NCBI GenBank assembly: GCA_046581765.1
Contig: JAYGFS010000338.1
Location: forward strand, 1 to 54,541
Direction: 5' to 3'
Source of the DNA: Verrucomicrobiota bacterium
Lineage (GTDB): Bacteria > Verrucomicrobiota > Kiritimatiellia > SS1-B-03-39 > UBA6053
DNA length: 54,541 nucleotides
This document shows positions 35,879 through 42,434 of this stretch, piece by piece; positions within the stretch are counted from its first letter, which is position 1, and each line of letters starts with the position of its first letter. The notes beneath the pieces were generated by a model. The model had not been told where the DNA came from. It did no database searches and saw nothing but the letters and a program-made list of their open reading frames with translations. The position numbers and the translations under genes are program-made.

Positions 35879-37060
35879 TTAGAGTCGTTGACGCCAGTGC
35901 TCCTGCTTATCGGCCAGGGTGGGCAAGGCAAGAATATCCGTTTTCCCGTTGGGCAACACGGGCAGTTGTGCCGCGCTCTCAATGCGCAGGGGCCAGTGGG
36001 TGCGCGGGAAATCCTTGCGGAAGCGCAGAAGTATTTCCCGCACTTCCTTCTTGTCCGGATGGGGTGCCAGGCTCAACACGTGGGCTTCCTCTCCACCCGG
36101 ATCATGGGCCTTGTAAAACGCGGCGGCATGTGGCCAGACCTCGCCGACCGACTTCAACAGGCTACTCAGGGAAATTTTTTCCCCGAAGCGCTTAAATACT
36201 TCGCCACTTCGGCCAAGAACCCGCCAATGGCCATTCGGGCCTTCTTCCGCCAGGTCGCCGGTGGAAATCCACTGCGTGTCGTGGACCGCGCTAAAGCCCT
36301 GCTCATCCATGAAGGCGACGGCTGAAAAGGGGCTCTGGAAAGTCAACTCCCCTGCCCCATCCAGCCGGAGTTCCACCCCATCGAGCGGTCGACCGACATC
36401 TGCAGCATCGTCGGCCTCATGGGCTTTCCGCAGGGTCAACCGGGGCATCGCCTCGGCACACCCGTAGTTGTTGTAGATCGTAGCCGAGGGAAATCGCCGG
36501 GCGAGATCCGCCAGGTGCTCCTGCGGGAAACGGCCCCCGGCAAAATGCACGCGCTGCACCTGGGGAAAGGTCGCATCGGGAAAATGTTGGTGGAACAGGG
36601 GCAACTGGGCTCCGACGAGGCAGATCATGGATGCCGGGGTCGAGGCAAGGGCGGTCTCCAGCTCGACCGGCCGGGAAAATCCGTCCGTCATGACCAGGTC
36701 GCGGCCCAGGCTGCGGGCCCAGCGCCACTGGTTGACAAAGGCGTAACAGTAGGTCAGCGGGAGCAGGCAGACGGTGGCCTGCACCGCCTCGCTATCCTGC
36801 CGCTCATGGAGGTGCCGGGCCAGGGCCTCCGCGCGATCCCGCAAGCCGATGACCAACTTCGGTTCCCCGGTCGTGCCCGAGGTCAGCAGAATAAAGTGAC
36901 CTTCCGCGTAGTCCCCGGGAATCCCGGCGAGACGTTCTGCGATCCAGGCCTCACCGGCGGCTGACTTTTCGGGCAGGAAAATAAAGGTTTCCGGCGCGGC
37001 CCAGGCACGATCCAGCTCAGCCAGGTCGGTGCGGACCTGTTGCTCGTGTAAGGTTTTCAT
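35879..37060 (-). CDS. AMP-dependent synthetase/ligase (acyl--ACP ligase candidate)
   Basis: 393 aa with ATG at 37058..37060. Adenylation motifs are LLTSGTTGEPKLV, YGCAEA, TGDLAEEGPNGHWRVLGRSGE and PVLPNGKTD. It sits directly upstream of the ACP gene. Confidence 0.88.
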   Translation of the reverse strand: MKTLHEQQVRTDLAELDRAWAAPETFIFLPEKSAAGEAWIAERLAGIPGDYAEGHFILLTSGTTGEPKLVIGLRDRAEALARHLHERQDSEAVQATVCLLPLTYCYAFVNQWRWARSLGRDLVMTDGFSRPVELETALASTPASMICLVGAQLPLFHQHFPDATFPQVQRVHFAGGRFPQEHLADLARRFPSATIYNNYGCAEAMPRLTLRKAHEADDAADVGRPLDGVELRLDGAGELTFQSPFSAVAFMDEQGFSAVHDTQWISTGDLAEEGPNGHWRVLGRSGEVFKRFGEKISLSSLLKSVGEVWPHAAAFYKAHDPGGEEAHVLSLAPHPDKKEVREILLRFRKDFPRTHWPLRIESAAQLPVLPNGKTDILALPTLADKQEHWRQRL

Positions 37061-37064
37061 GATT
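37056..37064. repeat. 9-nt TTCATGATT, left copy flanking the wecE segment
   Basis: An identical 9-mer occurs at 38210..38218. The left copy contains the AMP-ligase start codon. The right copy contains the stop of the GT-C gene. Confidence 0.9.
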
Positions 37065-37098
37065 GCACGCCCCGCGTGCTTGGTTTACCAAGAGGTCC
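37061..37098. promoter_or_regulatory. 38-bp divergent spacer with two short palindromes
   Basis: GCACGC-CCC-GCGTGC (37065..37079) and CTTGG-TTTA-CCAAG (37079..37092) fill the whole gap between the AMP-ligase ATG (37060, minus) and the wecE ATG (37099, plus). A regulatory role is inferred only from position. Confidence 0.3.
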
Positions 37099-38229
37099 AT
37101 GAAGATTCCTTTCAACCGCCCCTTCATCGTCGGCCGTGAACTCGAGTACATTCGCGAAGCGGTCGAGGGCGGACAACTGGCGGGGGATGGCCGTTTCACC
37201 CAGCGCTGCCAGGCCTGGATGGAAGAGCGTTTTGATATCGACAAGGTACTCCTGACAACGTCCTGCACCATGGCACTTGAGATGTCGGCTATCCTGTGCG
37301 ACATCCAACCCCGGGACGAGGTCATCCTGCCCTCTTACACCTTTGTCACCACCGCGAATGCTTTTGTGCTGCTGGGTGCGCAACCCGTGTTCGTCGACAT
37401 CGATCCCACCACGCTGAACATGGACCCCTCGGCCATCGAGGCCCGCATCACGGAGCGCACCAAGGCGATCGTTCCGGTTCATTACGCGGGTGTAGGCTGT
37501 GACATGGACGCGATTGGTGCGATTGCCAAAAGGCATAAGCTCCGCGTGGTCGAGGATGCCGCACAGGGGGTGAACGCGCGTTACCGGGACCGCTACCTCG
37601 GCAGTATCGGGGATCTGGGTTGTTTCAGCTTTCATGAGACCAAGAATTTCATTGCCGGGGAAGGTGGTGCCATCACCATCAACGACCCGGGCCTGGTCGA
37701 ACGCGCGGAGATCATCCGCGAAAAAGGCACGGACCGGAGCAAGTTCTTCCGGGGCGAGGTGGATCGGTATACCTGGGTGGATATCGGGTCGTCGTTTTTA
37801 CCGTCTGAACTGGTGGCCGCCTACCTCTTCGCGCAACTGGAAGAAGCCGATCGCATTACCGAGAAGCGGCTGGCGATCTTCGACCGCTACAGCGCGGGCC
37901 TTCAATCGCTGCAGGATGCGGGAACCCTTCGCCTGCCCATCATTCCCGAACACTGCCAGCACAACGGGCATATGTTTTACCTGATCCTGGATTCGCAGGA
38001 ACAGCGGGCGGACCTGATCGCCCATTTGAAAAGCCGGGACATGCTTGCCGTCTTTCATTATATCCCGCTGCACACCTCGCCCATGGGTCAACGCTTTGGC
38101 GGCCGGGCGGGTGATCTGCCGGTGACCGAGGACCTGAGTAAGCGCCTGCTGCGCCTGCCCTGCTACTTTGAACTGAGCCCTTCCGAGCAGGAGTGCGTTA
38201 TCAAGGCGGTTCATGATTTCTTCCGGTAA
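37099..38229 (+). CDS. wecE: dTDP-4-amino-4,6-dideoxy-hexose (4-keto-6-deoxyhexose) transaminase, DegT/WecE family
   Basis: 376 aa from the ATG at 37099. Near-colinear similarity to E. coli WecE as I recall it: MKIPFNRPFIVGRELEYIREAV, LPSYTFVTTANAFVL, VPVHYAGVGCDMD, VVEDAAQGV, GCFSFHETKNFIAGEGGA, AEIIREKGTDRSKFFRGEVDRYTWVDIGSS, HMFYLIL, AVFHYIPLH, RLLRLP. It is the only + strand gene inside the 44-kb minus-strand array. Confidence 0.95.
   Translation: MKIPFNRPFIVGRELEYIREAVEGGQLAGDGRFTQRCQAWMEERFDIDKVLLTTSCTMALEMSAILCDIQPRDEVILPSYTFVTTANAFVLLGAQPVFVDIDPTTLNMDPSAIEARITERTKAIVPVHYAGVGCDMDAIGAIAKRHKLRVVEDAAQGVNARYRDRYLGSIGDLGCFSFHETKNFIAGEGGAITINDPGLVERAEIIREKGTDRSKFFRGEVDRYTWVDIGSSFLPSELVAAYLFAQLEEADRITEKRLAIFDRYSAGLQSLQDAGTLRLPIIPEHCQHNGHMFYLILDSQEQRADLIAHLKSRDMLAVFHYIPLHTSPMGQRFGGRAGDLPVTEDLSKRLLRLPCYFELSPSEQECVIKAVHDFFR
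38210..38218. repeat. 9-nt TTCATGATT, right copy flanking the wecE segment
   Basis: Identical to 37056..37064. It lies inside the 19-nt convergent overlap of wecE and the GT-C gene. Confidence 0.9.
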
Positions 38230-39836
38230 AGGCGTATTTCGGGGCCGCTGAACGGGATCTTGATGCGCACTTCCCCCGGCCAGGATTGCACCAGCTCGTA
38301 GTTTTCCTGGTCGAAAATCAGGTCCTGGTAAAAGCGAAACTCCTCGGCGGTCGGAATCTGTTTATCCAACCACCACCCGCCGCCAACCCAGTTGAAGTCT
38401 TCATCCAGGTGCTTGTGTTTGTCCAACAGGGCCCGCCGCATACGCACGAGGTTTATGTCGTTTGTAACAATGTATTCCGGCTCATCGAGAATGGATACGA
38501 GCTGGTACTTCTCCGCGCGAATAACCGGATACCGCCACTCGTGCTCCCGCCAGTCCCGAAAGTCCGGCGCATTGGCCATGGTTAGTCGAGCGCCTTCCGG
38601 GAGATACCCCGCCAGGTAGGCTGCAGCGATGGTGCGGGAATCGTGCTTCCTGACCTCAATCGCGATCGCGATGCTGCGGAGATTCCACACCAGGATAAAA
38701 ACCGCCAGCGAACAGGCCAGCGAACGAGTGAGAAGGGAGCGATGCTGAATCAACCGCGCGAGCATGCGAGCGGAGAACAAGGCCAGGATCGTGGATATAA
38801 ACAGCAGGTAGCGCGCCGGAATCCACCCGCCCCAGAACAACAGGATGGAGCATACCAGGATGGGCATGCTCAGCCAGCACTTGAAATAGGGATGGTTGCG
38901 CCCCGGGTAGGAGAAAAGAAAACCGGCCAGCGGCACCCAGGCCAGGAACGGGGTATACATCTCGTTAAAGGCGAGACCCCACCCGCGACGAATGCGCCAG
39001 CCCTGGTGCATTTCCCCGGGGAACCAGAGATCCGGGCGACTGGTCATCCAGGCGACATACTCGGGGAAATGCAGGAAAATATGCGGCGTCGTGATGAAGG
39101 TGGTCAGGATGGCAACGCCGGCATAGATCGACATGGGAGCGATCCAGGTCCTCGCTTCCTCCCACCAGCGCGATCGGTCTTTCAGGATCGCTCCACCCAG
39201 GTAAACAAGGGGCACGATCCCGATGAAGAAGGCGTAGATCTTCATGCCAATGAGGTACCCGGTCGCCATGCCCAGTAACACGAAGGCCCGCTTGGATTTG
39301 CGCTCGAAAGCCCAGGGCACGAGGAGCAGGAGCAGGGTGACAAAGAACGACATCGGCACATCGAGGCTGCAGATCGGCGAGTTAATCACATGATAATAAC
39401 CAAGGGCCACCAGGGCGGCGGCAAACCAGGCGGTCATCCCATCGTAGAGTTTGCGCCCCAGCTTGAAGACCAGGAACACACATCCCACGCCGAACAGGCT
39501 GTTCACGAAACGAAAGGCCAGGACATTGAACTGCAAGCGGTCGATACCGCCAAAGAGTACACCAATCTTATTCCAGCCGATGTTCACCGGGTAACAGCAG
39601 ATGGCGAGCGTATACTGCAGGGCGGTTCCGTATTCATAGCGATGGTTGTTGAGATAGTTGCCGGGGAAGTTGGTCATCGACCGCCAGGCCTTGTGCTCGT
39701 CGGGATGGTAGTAACCCGTGTGTTCATCGATGCCGGTTCCCCAGGTGAGCATGGACAGGCGGAGGACCAGGCTGAGCAGGGCCAGCAGGATCAACCAACG
39801 ATGCTGCCGAATCAATATGAACCATTTCTTGCGCAT
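38211..39836 (-). CDS. GT-C-like (PMT_2/ArnT-type) integral membrane glycosyltransferase candidate
   Basis: Trimmed to the ATG at 39834..39836 (MRKKWFILIRQHRWLILLALLSLVLRL...), which forms a TAATG junction. The first loop is GTGIDEHTGYYHPDEHKAW. It has more than 10 TM helices and a soluble C-terminal domain. Its 3' end overlaps the wecE 3' end by 19 nt. Confidence 0.8.
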   Translation of the reverse strand: MRKKWFILIRQHRWLILLALLSLVLRLSMLTWGTGIDEHTGYYHPDEHKAWRSMTNFPGNYLNNHRYEYGTALQYTLAICCYPVNIGWNKIGVLFGGIDRLQFNVLAFRFVNSLFGVGCVFLVFKLGRKLYDGMTAWFAAALVALGYYHVINSPICSLDVPMSFFVTLLLLLVPWAFERKSKRAFVLLGMATGYLIGMKIYAFFIGIVPLVYLGGAILKDRSRWWEEARTWIAPMSIYAGVAILTTFITTPHIFLHFPEYVAWMTSRPDLWFPGEMHQGWRIRRGWGLAFNEMYTPFLAWVPLAGFLFSYPGRNHPYFKCWLSMPILVCSILLFWGGWIPARYLLFISTILALFSARMLARLIQHRSLLTRSLACSLAVFILVWNLRSIAIAIEVRKHDSRTIAAAYLAGYLPEGARLTMANAPDFRDWREHEWRYPVIRAEKYQLVSILDEPEYIVTNDINLVRMRRALLDKHKHLDEDFNWVGGGWWLDKQIPTAEEFRFYQDLIFDQENYELVQSWPGEVRIKIPFSGPEIRLYRKKS

Positions 39837-41125
39837 TAGAATAAACCGCGAAATATCTGCATGTCCGACCAGTCCCAGAGCCGGGAGGGATCCTCGTTCA
39901 CACTGGTCGGCGTGCCATTCCAGTCGTGTACCTCGCGGCTGCTCAATCCGCGAAACTGGACAAAAGCGCTGAACAGGCCGGCGCAGGCCAGGCCCAGGAG
40001 CGCGGGACGCTTTCCGTCCTCGAGTACCGGCAAGAGGAGCAGCGCCCAGACCGGCGCGATGCCGGCGAAGAGACGCGGGCCGTAGGACCAACCCGCCCAC
40101 CAGACGGGCCAGAGGGCATTGAAGGCCAGGTGCACGAGCACGATAATCGAAAGATAGCGCAACATCAGCCGGGTCCTTTTTCCCCGCCAGATCATCACGC
40201 AGGCAAGCAGGCTGAAGATAAACACCGGCGTGAAAACCAGCAGCCCGCGATTGGGACTGGCCACCAGACCTGCCAGGCCCATGAGCACGGCAGAGAACGA
40301 CGTGGCGATCTCGTCGACCGGCCCCTGGTAGGGCTGCACCAGGGTGCCGTAGGTCACGAGGCAATGGGCAACGTACAACGCGGCAATCGCCCCACCGCTG
40401 AGCACGAAGGGAATGAATTGTTTACGGTGATGAAGGAACAGGTAAACCGTGAACGCCGTGGTGGCGACGATCATATCCGGTCGCAGCACGGTCGAGAAGG
40501 CCAGCGGGAAAGCCGCGGTCCAGGCCCAGCGCCCGTTCTCAACCAGCAGCAGGGCCAAGGCGGCGAGCAAAAAGAACGCACCCGGGTTATGTGACCAGTA
40601 GCCCCCGACATGGCTCGACACGTGCGGCGTCACCAGGGCAAAAAGCACCGTGAGGACGACAACCTGCCAGGTTTTCCTCGCAAGCTGTCGGGCGACGAGG
40701 AAAAAAAGCGCCACGGAGGCCGCCGCGTAAATCTTGGCGAGCAGCGGGGTGATCAACATGGACCGCCAGACCCGATTCGACACGTGGCGGTAACGCCAAT
40801 TCAGCATCGGCAGGAGCGGTATGGCCGCCACCGCATTCCCGATGGTATAGTGATTCACGAGGCCAACGGATTCCAGCTGGTAGATCCGGTAATCCCTTTC
40901 GGGATCGAGGTATTCCTGCAGGAAAGGATTCTCGGGATACAGGGCCTCGAGATCGGGTCGAAATTCACTCAACTCGATATTGCCCTCCGCGAGCAGGCTC
41001 ATCGCGGTCGGCACGTACCAGAAATTATCGCTCCGGGTCATGATTTCGCCCGGAACGTCCCAGGGCAGGTACAGGACCAGGGCCGAGAGGCCGGCGACGA
41101 CTGGACCGAGCAGGACCTTAAGCAC
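39836..41125 (-). CDS. uncharacterised polytopic membrane protein, paralog B of a tandem pair (GT-C-like)
   Basis: Start proposed at the GTG 41123..41125, an 8-nt overlap with the upstream TAA. This aligns the N-terminus with the paralog. Shared motifs are NFWYVPTAMSLL, AKIYAAASV, GGYWSHNPGAFF, SPNRGLLVFTPV, WPVWWAGWSYGPRLF and LWDWSDMQIFRGLF. Confidence 0.75.
   Translation of the reverse strand: MLKVLLGPVVAGLSALVLYLPWDVPGEIMTRSDNFWYVPTAMSLLAEGNIELSEFRPDLEALYPENPFLQEYLDPERDYRIYQLESVGLVNHYTIGNAVAAIPLLPMLNWRYRHVSNRVWRSMLITPLLAKIYAAASVALFFLVARQLARKTWQVVVLTVLFALVTPHVSSHVGGYWSHNPGAFFLLAALALLLVENGRWAWTAAFPLAFSTVLRPDMIVATTAFTVYLFLHHRKQFIPFVLSGGAIAALYVAHCLVTYGTLVQPYQGPVDEIATSFSAVLMGLAGLVASPNRGLLVFTPVFIFSLLACVMIWRGKRTRLMLRYLSIIVLVHLAFNALWPVWWAGWSYGPRLFAGIAPVWALLLLPVLEDGKRPALLGLACAGLFSAFVQFRGLSSREVHDWNGTPTSVNEDPSRLWDWSDMQIFRGLF
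39855..39879. repeat. 25-nt direct repeat, copy 1 (ATCTGCATGTCCGACCAGTCCCAGA)
   Basis: 24/25 identical to 41152..41176. It encodes the shared WDWSDMQI C-terminal motif of the paralog pair. Confidence 0.85.
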
Positions 41126-42434
41126 CGTAGGTCCCTCCCAAGCCGCGGAAGATCTGCATATCCGACCAGTCCCAGAAGCGGTCAATATGATCGTTCACAT
41201 CATTGGGTTGACCGTTCCAGAGATGGACATCGTGATCGCTCACCCCTCGATATGTAACGAAGGCACTCCAGGCGATGCACAGTGCGGCGAAAACGGCGAT
41301 CGGCACCTTGCCTTGACGCGGCAGGGATTGCAGCACCCGGAAAAGGGGAATCGTGAGCAACAACCAAACCGGTATGTAGGTACAGAACAGGCGCGGACCG
41401 TAGGACCAGCCGCCCCACCACATGGGCCAGAGGGCGAGGAATATCCAGTGACCGATCAAGGCGATAGCGAGAAAGCGGTACAGCACCAGCGCATCGGACC
41501 GGTCGCGGAAGATATGGATCATCGACCAGAGACTGAACAGGCAAACCGGCATGTAAACAAACAATCCGCGGCTCGGGCTGACCAGCAGGCCAAGGACCCC
41601 GGAATCGAAATCACGCCCGATGACCCCGGTCGGCCCGGGGTACGGCTGCACCCATGCACCGTAGCTCGCCTTGCAGATGACCACGTAGACGAGTGCCACC
41701 ACGGCACCCGAGATCGCGTACACCATGAAGGCTTTGCGACGATTGCATAACACGTGGAGGGTCAGCAGCCCGATCAGCACGATGACATCCGGCCGCATCG
41801 CAGCCGCGATGGCCAGCGGAATACCCGAGAGTCCGGCCCACTTGTCCGGCAAAGCAGTCAGGGCCCCAAGTCCGAGCAACACAAAGAAGGCTCCGGGATT
41901 GTGCGACCAGTAGCCCCCCGCATGCTGACACGCGTTCAGGCTGGCAAAGGCCAGGATCAAGGCAAGCATGAGGGCGATGCCGATGGAACCGGACAGGCGA
42001 TACGCGACAAGGAACAACAAGCCCACCGACGCGGCCGCGTAGATCTTGGCAATCAAGAGTGTCATGTGGATGGAAACCCAGATCGAATTGGGCTGCTTGC
42101 GGAACACCGGCTTGAGCGCCGCCACGAAGGGCAGCGCGGCAATGGAGGTAAACACCGGGTAGTTGTTGAGTACACGGCCATCCGCATCACGCGTCACGCG
42201 ATAGTCTGCTTCCCCGTAATACGTGCGGAGGTAGCTCAGGTCTTCAGCCAACTCGGTGATGGGGGCCTCGAACTCGTTCAAGTCAAAATTGCCTTCATCC
42301 AGGAGACTCATCGCGCTGGGCACGTACCAGAAGTTGTCGTTCTGGTTGAGTACCCGGGTGACATGATCCAGCGGCCAGTAGGCCACCAGGACCACCCCGC
42401 TCAGCACAAGTGCGATAAACAATGGGTGCTTCAT
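41118..42434 (-). CDS. uncharacterised polytopic membrane protein, paralog A of a tandem pair (GT-C-like)
   Basis: 438 aa. The ATG at 42432..42434 forms an ATGA overlap with the UGM stop. Motifs are NFWYVPSAMSLLDEGNFDLNEF, AKIYAAASV, GGYWSHNPGAFF, SPSRGLFVYMPV, WPMWWGGWSYGPRLF and FWDWSDMQIFRGL. Confidence 0.8.
   Translation of the reverse strand: MKHPLFIALVLSGVVLVAYWPLDHVTRVLNQNDNFWYVPSAMSLLDEGNFDLNEFEAPITELAEDLSYLRTYYGEADYRVTRDADGRVLNNYPVFTSIAALPFVAALKPVFRKQPNSIWVSIHMTLLIAKIYAAASVGLLFLVAYRLSGSIGIALMLALILAFASLNACQHAGGYWSHNPGAFFVLLGLGALTALPDKWAGLSGIPLAIAAAMRPDVIVLIGLLTLHVLCNRRKAFMVYAISGAVVALVYVVICKASYGAWVQPYPGPTGVIGRDFDSGVLGLLVSPSRGLFVYMPVCLFSLWSMIHIFRDRSDALVLYRFLAIALIGHWIFLALWPMWWGGWSYGPRLFCTYIPVWLLLTIPLFRVLQSLPRQGKVPIAVFAALCIAWSAFVTYRGVSDHDVHLWNGQPNDVNDHIDRFWDWSDMQIFRGLGGTYGA
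41152..41176. repeat. 25-nt direct repeat, copy 2 (ATCTGCATATCCGACCAGTCCCAGA)
   Basis: 24/25 identical to 39855..39879. Confidence 0.85.
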
